In this document: in pieces, positions 1 to 14,900 of the stretch
Position numbering within the stretch: the first letter of the stretch is position 1
Layout: each line of letters begins with the position of its first letter
Assembly (NCBI GenBank): GCA_964057225.1
Contig: OZ059896.1
Coordinates: 6,510,001 to 6,574,000 of the forward strand
Direction of reading: 5' to 3'
DNA: 64,000 nt
Source: Auanema rhodensis
Lineage: Eukaryota; Animalia; Nematoda
Position numbers and translations under genes: made by a program
Notes under the pieces: model-generated
Told to the model about the DNA's origin: nothing
Seen by the model: the letters and a program-made list of their open reading frames with translations, nothing else
Database searches by the model: none

Positions 1-1151
1 AAGCATTTACAAGTACACCGCGCGGTTATAATATAAACTTTCTTTCTGAAACTTTTTTCCAAATTTGACTTCTGAGAAGTAAAATTTATAAATATCTCGT
101 GCCGTTCATCTTGTATTTATGCATCGTGTTTCAGTATCTTAATATGCAACGTTCATGTCGTCTTATTTCAGTACCTTAAAATGCAAGGGCCATATCGGGG
201 TGTTATAATCACACCGTAAGCCTTACATGACGTGTCTCTGGCTGGAATACGGGAAGAACCAGAAATGACAATATAAAATGTTATATCTTGGTTCTACCTA
301 ACATTGCTCCTCGTAAAATTGTGATAATTATCCATTTAGTTTTCCCTCCAATGTTTCTTGTTTTATATCTTTTTCTGTCTTCAATTCATTCTTTCGATAT
401 TTTATTATTGCTGCATGCTCATACTCTTCTAATAAGTAAAAATGATACTTTTGTATTTATCAAACAAATAATTTCATATATGATAGTACTCTTTGTCAAG
501 GTGATCTGCAGAAAATATATTAATCCTAAGATACCTCTTTTCTATATACGATGTGTTCTTATAATCAATCAACAATATCGTTAACCAAGAGTTTCCAGAT
601 ATTTATATAAATAAATAAATAAACAAACAAACATATTTGTTTGTTTGTGTGTGTATATATCTTTTACATCCATTCAGTGTATAAGATAGTCTTGTTTCTT
701 CTTCTATTCTCTTACTACGTTTTCTTCTCTTCATTTGCCTCCCACACAGCTCTCACAAATTCTTCCTTCGGTCTGTTTTTTTTGAGATTATTTAATTACT
801 TGTTTAATGTATGTATAGTTTAACATTAACTACTCAGTGATATGTGATTTATGGTAGCCAAATTAACCAGATTTGGCTTAAAATTGTAATTTGTTGATGT
901 AAGCCAACATTTTTTTTGGTGAAGCATTTACAACTGTTTCGTTTTTGATTCGCGGTTTGATTCATCGTTCTTATTAGTAAAATATTACTAATAAATTTTA
1001 ATTAAATAAAAAAATGTTTGAAGAATTTTAAAGTTTTGAATGTGAATTAGATAATGAAGTAACAATTAAGATTGCATTTTATTTTATCTCAGAGACTGAC
1101 TGTACAACAATAATAATAAAATATAATAAATATATTTAAATTAAATTAGTT

Positions 1152-2308
1152 TTAATCATTTTTTGGAAATACTTTCTTTGGATCTCCCAATATTATTATT
1201 TTATTTCTTTGACTATGAATTGATTCTTTGAATGTTAAATTAGTTTGATGATAGTCATCCAACCATCCTAATACTCCGAAGCATTCATTAAATCTGAATA
1301 AATAATTATTAACTATATATGAATATAATAAACATTTTTCCAAACTTACACTTTATGATGATAATCATGAGGTTCAGGTGATGGCTGTAATGGAAAATGA
1401 TAACCAGAATGTGATGATGTTGTTGATAGTAAAGCTATAGCACTCCAAATCCATAAAGTAGTAATATGTGATCCACATAATAATGGTCCTATAATTAATT
1501 ATAATTTTAAAGAAAATAATAATTTATTATTACCTAATACAACAGGAGTAACATTTGAAACAGCATGTTCAATTGGATGACAATATACACTTGTAATAGC
1601 TAAATTATAAATTTTATATGAATATAGTTATAGATTAAGATATTAAATATTTAAAACTTACATACAGGTGCTGTCCATTCATGATGTTTTTTATGAATAT
1701 ATTTATATATATTTGGATGATGGAATAATCTATTAAAGATTTCTTCTTCTTCTTTTTCAAAAAAAAAACTTTATATACCTATGTGTATAGTAAAAACCAA
1801 GTTCTTCAATAATTAGACTAATTATTAAATCTCTGAATACTATTAACCATGAAGGTAGCTCTTCTAATGAGTAAATCATGCCTAATAAGTTTAAAATTAC
1901 AAGTTTCAATGATAGTTGTTACCTCTTGATTGGCTTATATAAAACCAAAACATCATTGTAGTTGGTCCAACTATACATATATTTATCAAACTTACTTTAA
2001 GAGCAGAAAAATATTTTGAGAATGTTGGCTATGAATAAATAAAACTTTTTAAATAAAAAATGAAAAAAAAAAAACCTTTTTATCTTCTTGTATTCGATAA
2101 TGTTGTGCCCATTTAGGTTCAAATATATCTAAATAAAAGAAGAAACTATTGAATACAATCCACCATCCTAAAGACCAAATCGTTCCTGCTATTACACTAA
2201 AAAAATAAAATTTGAAGAGAATTAAATCCAATTTTTAAAAATTTACCATATTTGAAATGGATCTCCATTATGTAATTCATAGAAGAAATTATATGTTTTA
2301 GTTAACAT
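1152..2308 (-). CDS. Fatty acid hydroxylase/sterol desaturase family protein (FAXDC2-like), about 8 exons; 5' end uncertain
   Basis: Spliced translation gives the His boxes [35 protein letters not shown] and SHSGYHFP..PEPHDYHHK..FNECFGVLGWLD; GT-AG introns; stop at 1152. Confidence 0.88.
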
Positions 2309-2942
2309 AATCTTTCTATTAAATTATATATTATATATAAATAAATATTATTTAAAAAAAAAAAAAGAAAATTATAAGTAGAAATACATACAAAGATAGA
2401 ATTTTATAGAAATAACTGTGAATTATATAGTTAAGCCGAAAATATTTTTAGTATAGATAACACGACAACATTCTAGTTGATCGATTACAATTTCTTGAAT
2501 GAACTATCTATTTCAATGATTTCAAATGGTTTTTGATTTCAAACCGTTCGTTTTTCTTTTTTTTTTTCAAAGTATTTTTCATCATTTTAAATATAAAATT
2601 CTTTTTATTTAATTTTAATTATTTTATAATATAAAAAACTTTAATTTTTCATTTTGTAGTTTATAATTATATTTGAAAGTATTAAATGTATATGTGTAAT
2701 CGATTATATTATATAAAAATTATTTTTATATTATCAAATTAAGATTAGAAATGAAAATATAATTAAAATTTCTTATTATGTTATTATAATCTTTAATTAA
2801 ATAAGTTTTAATATTCTATATGTTAACTAAATATTTTTTTAAATACATACATAGTAGTATATGGTTTAAAATAAACTAATTCTTTATTTTATCTAAAATA
2901 ATTAACAAATTAATAATATAATATTATATATAATATAAATTA

Positions 2943-4900
2943 TTATATTGGAATTTTAATAATTGGTCTAAAATCGGCAAATGGAGATTCGTCAAATGAT
3001 GAAGAATGGATGAATGCAGGTTTAAATTGTTCTTCAGATGAATAATTCTTTAAAATAAATAAATAAAATAAAAATATTTTTTTAAAAAACAACTTACAAT
3101 AGTTTCAAGATCTGTTGATGAGGTAAACATTTCCAAATCATCATAATCATAAAATTGTGATAAATGAAATACAATGATTGAACATATACAAATATATTCC
3201 ATTAATGCTGCTTCAACAGGAACTTAAAACTTATTTTTAAGAAAAACAGAAAATTTTTAATAAACTTACTAAAGCAATGACATGGTTTCCAAACAAGAAA
3301 TTTAGAATGTGTTTCATATACTTTGAATATACAAGATGTAAATGATATAAAAGAAAATATTCGAAGATGCATTAAATATTTTTCTTTCTATAAAAAATTT
3401 TTTTTAAAAAATCAAATAATATAAAAATACTTTTTTTCCATCATATACATCTAATAATGTATATGTTATTGCATAAATTAAGAATGATATTCCAAATAAT
3501 GGAAGTAATGCTTGCATCATCCATTTAACTATAATAAATATTTGAAAATTATTCATAAATAAACTCAAATATACGTGATTTATCTTGATCTTGTTGTAAA
3601 CATAATATAAGAATAGCTGAAGTTAAATGTGCAAATTCTAAAATTGGAGTTATATATGACATAGTAAAGAGAAATCTGCTTCTTGGATGCCAAATAGCCA
3701 TACGTCGAATATGAATAAAACATAAAAATACCTAAATTATTGAATATTTAATGATTATTATTATATTTTATTTACTTTACTCATAAATATTATTAAAACT
3801 GCTGTTCTTAAAAAATATTGTGTATCAACTCTTAATTCCATCATTCGTAATAATGATGGTAAATATGGTCTGAATGGTCGTCGAACCAACTAAAATTTAA
3901 AAAAAAATTAAATTTTTTAAATTTTAAAATTAAGAGGAAATACCTTACAATAATTCCAAAATGAACTACCATATTGATATCGAATGGTTCGATGTTTAGA
4001 ATAAATTGAACGAAGTGGACCTACATGTTCTAAAGCTCTAACTGCTTCATGAAATGTAGCTTTTGTTCCAGGTGCTACCCTTTAATTTAAATTTTAAAAT
4101 ATTTTTAAAAATAAAAAGAATTATTATAATTCTTTTGTTATTTTATAATATTTATTGATTTTTTAGTTTTTTTATTTCTAAAATCATCTTTTCAAGCGGA
4201 GAAAGGTAGGTGAAGAAAGGAGATACAACAAAACTGGAAGACGATAAAGTGATCTCGGTGATTCCAGAAGTCGATGTTAGTACAAACAGCTTTTTTGGCT
4301 AAGAAATTGAATAAAATTCCAGAGAAACAAAAAAAGGATAAAGAAATAAGAGATAGAAGCTTGTTCAACTTTAATGTTTAATAGATTTTAACGAAAAAAT
4401 ATATAAAATAGTTAAATAATTAATAAAGAATTTATAAAATGATTAGATATAGTTGATGACAAGAGAAGAAGATGATGATGATGAATATGGAAGATTGAAA
4501 ATAGATTTGAAAACGAGAATATTCTGATAAGCGATCGGATAACATCATTAAAAGGTTAAAATACTCTTCTAAAAGTTTTTTTTTGTTAATAAAGAAATGT
4601 TTTAAAGCATTATTTAAACTATATATATATATTTTATAAATTAGTATATACATATAGTTAAATATTAATAATAATAAGATAAAGATAAACAAACCTATTA
4701 CGTGTTATATTGAAATTGGCTTCAGTAAAATTATCATATGGTATATGAATATCAGTTGTTATAGCTAATATAATACCAATACTTAAAGAAGTTAAAGATA
4801 GAAATACAAGTGCTGCATTCAAAGTTGTAACTTGTACTTTGGAATGCGCCCAAAGTTCTTCCTCTTCTGGAGGTAGAATCCTAAAGATGGGTTTAATCAT
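2943..4900 (-). CDS. Multi-pass membrane protein, Frag1/DRAM/Sfk1 (PGAP2/CWH43-N-like) family, paralog 1
   Basis: Exons read MIKPIFRILPPEEEELW..., FWNYCK/LVRRPFRPYLPSLLRMMEL and ...WKPCHCF/VPVEAALMEY..., with several hydrophobic helices; stop at 2943. Family assigned from motif recall. Confidence 0.62.
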
Positions 4901-5262
4901 CCAGCACACCTCACCTTAATCCAATAAATATTTTATTTTTTATAATTCTAAAATTAAAAAGATTAATTATATATAAATAAATAAATAAATATATGAAATA
5001 ACATTTTGATATAAGAAAAATGAATTTATAAATTAAAATATAGAAATATCAAGAATTTTTCGCAACTTTTTCTATAAAAATCTCAATGAAAGGAATTTGA
5101 TGAAATTATTGAAAAGTTTGGATGAAAAGCTTAGTTCGGAAGTGATGTATGAAATTTCTTTTTCAATTTCATCGGACCAGATGGGGAGGAGAAATTACGA
5201 TTACGACTAGCTTGTATCGTAATCAGTCGTTTTCGCTTTGTTTAACAATCTCACGTGTGTTT

Positions 5263-5295
<33 letters not shown>

Positions 5296-6668
5296 TCCCA
5301 TAATATCCTTGAGATATTCTCTCTATGGATTTCATACATGTCTTTTCATTAAATACATGTAAGAAGATTTCATTGATAATCGCCAGTCAAGTTGAAAGAA
5401 CATGTTGAAGCAATTAACGGTACTTTTCATTCAAAAACTTCCTCATTTTCCTTCAAATTCTGAACTCCCTTTTCTAGCATTTCAAATAAAAGAAAAGAAT
5501 ATAACTAACTGAATAATATATAATATATTAGAATTAAAGAAAATAATTAAGTTTAAAGAAAATTAATTGAAATACTATACGAAATACTGAAAAAAGTTTG
5601 AATTAATCAATGCAACTTGTACTTTCTGTTTCAGATTCGAGATTCAGATTACAAAAAAAAGATTTTTTAGATTTCGAAAAAAGTTTGCACAGGTTTCATT
5701 CTAAGATGGAGAGACATTGGTAGTTGAAAACGAAGAAAAATGAAGCAATGATGGCGAAAGATTGAAAAAATCGAAAAACTTTTTTTGTTGCGATTGAAAC
5801 AAAAGAGAATTTGGGATAATAATTTAGCTATATATAAGATAATTATATGATATATCTAATACATTTATCTTCAATAATTGAAATAAATGAACAAAAAAAC
5901 TTTTCTTTAATTCAAAAAATAAGAAAAAGTTAATGAAAGAAGTTGTCTTTCCATATAAATAAGACGATTAAGCAATTCATCATAAATCTCATTAACAAAG
6001 AAACAAAAAGAATTGAAAATGTGATTTGAAAATAACAATAAAAACATTTTAAAATTATAAAATATTTATAATATTATTATAAATAAATATAAAATATTTG
6101 AAAATATTCTAATTATAAAGTTTTTAATAAAAACTTGATCTTCAATAAGAGGCATAAGTATATATCTACATATAATTATAAAATATATGTAATAAAATGA
6201 AAATAAAGAAAAATTTGAAAAGAAATATTTGAAGCTAGAAAAAGCCGAAATTAGCAATAAAGGACAATCGAACAATTAGTTTGAACAAGTGGTCAAAATC
6301 CGGTTTAGATAACGATAGTGAAATAATATATAACCATTGTGAAAATGAAATAATATATTAAAATATTTATAAACTAAAACTTTAAATATTTTAAAATATA
6401 TTTAATAAAATTAATATAATACTATACTATATAGTATAAGTAATATAAAAATTATTTATTAATTTTTAAATAAAATAAATTTAAATAATTTTTTAAATAC
6501 CTTAAAGTTTGTTCAAAGAAATATATGTAATTTCATCTTATATGATATGATATAACTGTGATAATCTGATAAATCCCCTCTTAACAAACAAATCATTTAA
6601 GAATAAAATTTTAAAATATTTATTAAAATAATATAAATAATATAAATAAATAAAATAAATTATACAAA

Positions 6669-8105
6669 TTAATATGATAATTTAGAAAAATATTTCAATT
6701 CACTTGGAATAATACATTTCTGCATTTCATACCATAATGGTGAATATATAGTTTTATATTTTTCATTTATATCTAATACAACATCATTATATGATGGAGT
6801 TATAACAAAAATAGTATTTTTAAAATCAAAATATGTTGTTAAATGATAAATAAATATTGATATTATAACTAAATATTCATTTATAGCATCTGACCATATA
6901 ACTGAAAATATATTTTATATAATTAATATAATTAATATAATATTTACCAAATGGATGACATGTTTTATGTTCATAAAATATCATATAAGATAGATATGAT
7001 TTATAAAAACTTGGTAAAAATGTTAAAAAACATGAAAAACGTATGAAGAAGATTGTACTTGAAATCTAAAAAATTTAAAAAAATAAAATAAAATAAAAAA
7101 AAAATAATAAAATCTCTTACTTCTAATTGCTCATCATTCATATCAATTATAATATTTGAAATCATTTGTATACAACATAATATACCAAATGATTTAAGTG
7201 TATATGGTATTAAGAATTTTACTAAAATTATATAATAAAATAATAAAAATATTATAAAACTTACATTCTATATCAATATCTGTATGAAATGAAGAAAATA
7301 AAAATAATGAAATTGATTCAAATATAATTATAATTGGAAGTATTAAACATAAAACTTTAAAACTTAAAGATTTCTTTTTTTTATTTAATACAAGTACCCA
7401 TCCAATTCTCATTATTGTTATTATCTAAATAAAATAAAATAATATTAATTTATATAAATTATATTTAAACCATTCTAATAGATAATAACATCATTATTAT
7501 AAATCTTGTTAATGCTTGAGGTAATGGACGAAATTCAAACATACGAAATATTGAAATAAGTTTTGTATAACTTTCATTTTTAGTTGGAAATGGATTATCA
7601 TCCTAAATATATATATATTTAATATAATATTAATTAAAATATATTTATAATTAATTAATATATTACCCAACAATATGTATTAAATGTTGTTCCCCAATAT
7701 ATACGTTTCATTCCAAGATTTTTATTAAATTGATCTTGAAGAAATGTCTTAAATATATTAAATTATATTAATTTATATTTTAATATAAATTAACTTTTTT
7801 ATTATATGTAGCATTACGTCCTTCTCGATCAATCATCCATATATCATCACTTTTAACAACTTCCGTTGCATATTTAAGCCAAGTTTTATTTTCCCAATTA
7901 TCCTTAAAAAATAAAAATAAAAATAAATAAAATGATTATAATATACCTCAGGAAACTTATCCCATTCAGTTGGTGTTGTTAATATTGCTAACATAATTAA
8001 TAAAGAAATTATAAAAGTTATAATACATGCTGATTGTGGTCCAATAAAGGTTGAATGAGCATTGATAAGCTCTCCTTCAGGATGAACATAACGTATTTTT
8101 TGCAT
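6669..8105 (-). CDS. Multi-pass membrane protein, Frag1/DRAM/Sfk1-like, paralog 2
   Basis: Same architecture as 2943-4900: N-terminal TM, FNTYCW..ISIFRMFEF, ..HKTCHPF/VIWSDAINEY; stop at 6669. Confidence 0.6.
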
Positions 8106-8274
8106 GAATGCTTTGAAGGTTAAAGTGAAATATAATGAAAGAAAAAGTTAATCAAATCCGGATTCAATCGGGTTTTTTTTCATTCAAATCTTTTACTTAT
8201 ATACAATATATATCTCAAGACCTACTTTAGAAATATTATTGATTGATAGATTATATCATTAACTATACATATAG

Positions 8275-8308
<34 letters not shown>

Positions 8309-9633
8309 GCTTATATGTATATTATAATTAAATATTTAAAAAATAAGATATACTATATTCATATTTATTATAAATTATATTTTTTATTGGAAAATATTAA
8401 AAAGTTTCAAAATAATTGAATTCAAAGATCAACAAACTGTTTTCTTTTTTAAATATTTTATATAATTATTTAACTATATATTTATTAATTTTTATATTTT
8501 AAAAATGATAAAACTTTCTATTTTCTTCGTTATATTTCACTTTTCAAAATGAGGTTAATCTGTTGTGGCTAATAGTGAATACATTCATCTTTAGCCATTG
8601 ATTTACCTCATCAACACATGACCTAAATAGAAGAAAAAGGAAAATGTAGGGTTGATCACTTTCACATTGAGTGATAGAAATGAAACTTTTACTTATTTCT
8701 TATATTTCTTATATAATTAATATAATTTATTAAATAACATATTGTGTATTTGATAATAGTTCCAGTCATTATTATCGAGTTCAACATGGTTTCACAAAAC
8801 TACTTGAACATAGTAAAAAAGAAAACCGTTACAGCTACCAATTTTTATTTAAAACGTATATGACCTAGTAATATAGACAATAGATTTTCAATTTTTTTTT
8901 CTTTAGATTTCCCTTGTTTTACCATCAGTTATCAACAGTTTCTTTATCTTTTGTATTTTGACATTGAAAGAATGTGGTTGACATGAAGATGAGAAATAGA
9001 AATAAAGAGCGAATGATAGAAAGAGAAGATCTCTCTCTCTCTTTTTCTCTTTTTCTCTCTATCTATATAGTACTCTCTATTTTCCTTTTATATTACCTTC
9101 CTCTTCCGCCTAATAAGCAAAAAAATGGAAAGTTTTTGGAATCTCTTGCCATCGAATCTTGCCCACAAAACTATCGACAGCAGTTGCAGATTTGGAGACC
9201 CCGATGTTGGACGTCATAGTGTTCTTCAGACTCATTTCTTCTACTGTCTCTCTATTTCATTTCATGTTCTGTTCATATTTCTCTGTCTATACCTCTTGTT
9301 CTCATCTTATTTCAGATCTCTTCTAGCTATTGAACTCCAGTTTTGTAGAGAATCCTGTCGTCTTCATCGTCTTTTGACCATACAGACATCAGACAGTGAA
9401 AGACCGTACAGATGCGTGTAAATCTCGTTCTGTAGCGGCTTTTAGTCCTTTGGTGCGTAGTTCTAGCTATGACTGTCATCTTCTTTTTCATCTCATCATC
9501 TTTTCTTTGACCTTGCTTAGCCTACACTGTATTTCTTATTCATAAAATACTTTTTTATAATCTTTTTTTTCATGAATGTTGATGCTCATTTTTCATGTAA
9601 ACATTCAATTTTCATGAATTTTTATTTTTACAG

Positions 9634-10892
9634 ATGAGATGTGTACGTTGTCGAAATTCAACGCTCTGTATTCCACACGGAAAATACAAATTAGTTCATA
9701 AAGATACATTAAAGAAGCAAATGTGGATTAATGAACATGTAGTAAGAAGCTATCGTCCAACGAAAATGACAAGTCATATGTGTATCAAAAGGTTTAAATT
9801 AATTATAATTTATATTTAAATATATATTTAGTATATTTCATTGGACAAATGAGACAATTAACATATGGAGTCATCTATTAGGATTTATCTATTTTACTTT
9901 TTGTCAAATTGATTCAAATTTCTTTCATATACCTATGATTGGTGGAAGTACTGAAGATCATCTTGTCTTCACTTTATCCATTTTTGGATCTCAAGTAAGT
10001 TAAAAGAACTTAAAATGAATGAATATGATAAATCTTTGCAGGTTTGTATGCTACTATCAGCATGTTATCATACATTTGGATGTAAAAGTTCAAGAAAGCG
10101 AGAACAATGGCTTAAAATGGATGTGTTTGGTATATCAGCTGGATTATTAGGCATGTATCTAGGTGGAATATATACAGCATTTTATTGTTTCCCTGTATGT
10201 TTTATCTTATAAAATTATATAATTAAATAATTATTATTTAGGAACATCTTCACAATTATTTATATTTTCTTTTAACAATTTTTGTTATTACTGCATATGT
10301 TCCAAGTCGAAAAGATTTTTTCGATAAAAAAGTTGTTGGAAATCGTATTGGATTTTTACATATAATTTATACAACAATTATTATATTTGGTATATGTCCA
10401 ACTATACATTGGGTATATTTACATGGAGGAATTGAAAATTTCCATGTTCAGGTAATAAAATTTTATTTTATTTTTTAAAAAAAAATTTATTTATAGACAT
10501 GGTTACCAAGTATTATTATATTATATGGTCTTACAGCAGCAGCTTTCTTCTTTTATGTTTCATTAATACCTGAACGTTTATCACCAGGTAATTGTTTGAA
10601 ATATTCTAATTTTTGACGTAAAATACGTGAAAGAATATTTCATTTCTTATATAATATATCAATTGAACGGTTGTATATTTATATTATTATTAAAGGAACA
10701 TTTGATGTTGTTGGATGTTCACATCAATGGTGGCATTTGTTTATTCTGGCTGCAATGGTATGGTGGCAACGTGCTGGACGTGAATTGCTTACATATTATC
10801 GTTTACAAGAAAATTCATGTCATATTTCAACTGTTGGTAGGACAACAATAGTAAACATGACATCATCATCATCATCATCATTGAATTATTAA
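9634..10892 (+). CDS. paqr-3: PAQR-family 7TM protein, PAQR3-like; 6 coding exons
   Basis: Motifs NETINIWSHLLG, SACYHTFGCKS..WLKMDVFGIS, PERLSPGTFDVVGCSHQWWH. The ATG follows TTTTACAG; a possible non-coding upstream exon lies at ~9316-9452. Confidence 0.9.
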
Positions 10893-11913
10893 TTATATAT
10901 ATATATATATATATATAGTTATATATATATATTATATGAAAAAAAACTGTTTTCAAACATAATTCAAAGTAAACTCATATTCGTTTTCGAACAAAATATG
11001 AGATTTTTCTATTTTCTTTGAGATATTTTTGTGATTATGCATAGTTAATTCAATTTTTTTTTCTTTTCTAATATTCCTCAATATTACTTTCAAGTTCGAA
11101 AATTTTAATTTTAAAAGAATATCCAAATACATAACATGAAATATTCAAATGAATATATGGTATTCATATAATTCATTAACTATATGATATAATTATATTT
11201 ATATAGATTAATTTACTTTGATTTTTTCATTTTTTATTTTATGTATAAGCAGGTCAAATATATTTTATATGTTATCACAAAAATGTGATCTCTATTATAT
11301 CTTCATATCATATTGTAATTTGTTTGTTTATTTTCTTTTTTATACTGTATATTTGTTTTTATAAAATTTTTAATTTTTTATAATTATATTAATTATAATT
11401 ATAATATTAAATTTTTATAATAATTCATAATATAGTATATAAGATATTATTTTTATGTTTATATTCTATTATTTTATAAAATTATCCGTAAAAAACTGGC
11501 AAAAAATAAATAAAACAAACAATATGAGCTAATAAATTGATAATTGAATAAAGACATAAATTATTTTCTAATTTTTTTTAATTTAAAAAAATCAAATAAA
11601 TTGCTAGCGAAATAAAAATAAATGAAAATTATTTTTTAAAAAATCTTTTACACACTGATATTCTGAGTTAATTCTCATACATTAAAGCGAATGTAAGGAA
11701 GGCATTCAAGGCTGGTAGGCTAAGCTGGAAAAGTTTTTTACAAAAAAAAGGTTGAGAGAGAGAAAAGGAAGGGGAAAGGGAGACAGAGAAGACAGGAGAG
11801 ATCATAGATTCTAGTTAAAAATCCGTAAAAATTATAATCTTTGTGTTATATGGCTAATAATTATAAATATAATATATATAATTTTAACAACATTTCATAT
11901 TATTTTAAAGCAT

Positions 11914-14900
11914 TTAAAGACGATTCAAATGAGATCCAGGAGTCGGAAATGGAGGAATCTAAAATAATATTAATAATAATAAATAATTTTATATAATATA
12001 TAATTTACTTTTTCTACAACTTCTAATAACCGTTGACATTTCTGAGCCATATCCTTCTGTGGATGTGATTGTAATTCTGTAGCTCGAGCAATCATTTCTT
12101 CACGACCTTTTGGTCCAAATATACAATAATAAAGAGTTTGGGTTGGATTACTAAATGGATCCTAAAATATATTATTATTATTATTATTATAAATAATAAT
12201 ATTATTATAGATTTTACTTGATTATGTGCAGCAATTGTCTCATATGTGATATTGAGAGCTTGAACAGCAGAGGAAGTACATAATAGCCATGTAACTCCTC
12301 TTAACAAAATCTCATCACGATCAGAATCTAAGATGCGTAATAAGCCTGTGACTGGCTAAATATATAATTATAATTATATTTTGTATATGTTTATATAAAA
12401 CCTTTCCACCAAGCATATAAGGCACTAGATCAGGACAACATGATAGATTAACTAAAAGACGTAAAGCATTGATATTAGCTTCTCCTCGAACCCATAGATG
12501 ACTAAGACATGCATTAATACATGGAACAAATGTTAATATCTAAAAGATAATAAAATAATTTATTTACAAGTTATGAAATAACTTGAAACTTACATCATCA
12601 CTGGATATACGTAGAGACAAGTTAGTTAAAGCTTGTAAGGCGACTACAACTTCCGTATCATCTGTTGATGATAATCTAGCTATAGCAATGGTTATAGCTT
12701 TTTTTACAATCATCTATAAGAATAATTAAATAAATAAATAATAAAATAAATATGCTAACCAAATTATCAGAACATACAGCCATATTAGCAACACATTGCA
12801 ATAGCATTAAACGGCATTGTGGTGGCCAAGAAGCTTGTTTTTGGCATAGCATATCAACTATTCTTTCTGTTATTTTAAGTTCTCTCATTAAAACCTAAAA
12901 TATTTAATATAATTAATTATAAATTTAAATAAATTATTAAATACTTGATTAGATGGATAAGCAGTAGCATTAGATATAACAGTTAATAATGGTAATAATA
13001 AATCAGCAGATGGATCAATACCATATAAAGCTGATAATAACTGAAAATATAATTTATTTATTATATTTATATATATATATATATATATATATAGTATATA
13101 CTATATATTTTAAAAACTTTTTCTTCTAATTTTATTCCAATGGGACTAATTCATCGAAATTCTTCAAATTATCTGACTTTATTCTCTATGGAATAAAGTT
13201 TGAGAAACAGTTAAACTATATATATTTCAATAAAATATTTTTTTTATTATACTATATAGTAAAATTTCTTTTTTTTTTCTTTTAAATTATTTAATAAAAT
13301 TATTATTAACTAGATATACCTGTCGAGCATCATTATGAGTTAATAATTTCTGATGATGATATAATCTATCTATTAGCTGTTTCAACCGATGTGATCCAAA
13401 TAATTCAGCTGCTGGATTAACAGTAATTCTCCATTCTGGTGGAGGCTTTTCATCCGGATCTTTTTGTGGAACAGCCTGTAAAAGAGAAAACATTTTAAAA
13501 TTAATAAAAAAAAATAATAAATAAGAAGAAATATTGAATTTTCTTTTTTTTTCTTTTTTTTTTATTATATTAATTATAATTTTTTGTTTTGTTTTTCATA
13601 TATTCTGTATATTTTCTATATATGTGAATGAATGTACATTTTCATTTATATTTCAAAGGATTCTCTCGAAAGAAGAAAAAAAAGAAGTTTTTCTCAATAA
13701 TTTTTCTTGTTTTCTTCATCGTTTATGTTGTTAGAAATAGGCAAAATGAGATTGATTTGCCAACTTTAATAGATTTTTTCCTTCTAATTTGCCAAATTGT
13801 CGCAGTCCAGATTTGACATTTTGGAGCAGATGGGACATAAAATGAAATTTTTCTTGCTGATTACGCTAGATGTAACTCGGAATGTGTTTGCTTTTTACGA
13901 AATGTTAGTTTATACGATCGTATAATTAAAAATATAGTATACTATATAATATAAATAAAAAATTTAAAAAGAAAAAATACGTATTACTCTTTCCAAGTTT
14001 TAGAATTCTTCTAGAATTCCTTTTAATTCTAACAACTTTTAATGTTTTTTTCTGAATTTTACAAATATTCAGATTGTTTTTTGTTATATTTTATATTTAT
14101 ATATATATGAGTTTGTCTTTCCTTTTGTTTCTAGAACTCATTTTTTCATATAATGAGCAATTACGTCATGTTATTGTTGGAAGTCCATTAGTCAAATACA
14201 TAAACACAAGATACTACTATACTATATGTATAGTTAAAAGATTTTTATAAGAATTATGTTTTCTTATATTTGAAATGAAAAAAAAAATGAAAGTTTTGAG
14301 ATTTAAACAGATATTAAAGAAAAGAAAGATTTATCTCGGATTTGTTCGAAATGCATATTCATCTTTAGAGTATGAGTCTTAGCTTTCGTTCAAAAGCTCT
14401 TAGCAGCCAATCTGACCAACAATGAAAGCAACAAAAGAAGAAATTGGTTTGAAAGAAAGAGATGATGAAAAGAAATAGTTAAGGGATAAAGAGAAAGATA
14501 TATATATAGAGAGAGAGAGAGGAAAAGACAGAGAGAGTAGAAAAGAATTGAAAGGAATACAGTCAAAAAATATTAAAGAACACATGAAAAGGAAGAAGAA
14601 TGAACAAAAATTGTTTTTGAATATTTTATAAAGAAAAAGATATATTATAATATATATAATATATAGTATATACATATGTATAGTATATGCCTTGTTAGAA
14701 TATAAAAAAACTTCATTTATAACTAACAACATGATAAATATGCTGTCAAGTGCTTTAAAACTATATGAATGGAAAGCTGAAAGAATAAAAAATTGTTCGA
14801 AAGAAAGTTTTTGAAAAGAAAGAAAATTATGTTGAATATTCTACTGAAAGAAGTTTTTTTTTTCTATTTAAATGACTATATTAAAAGAAATATAAAAGTT

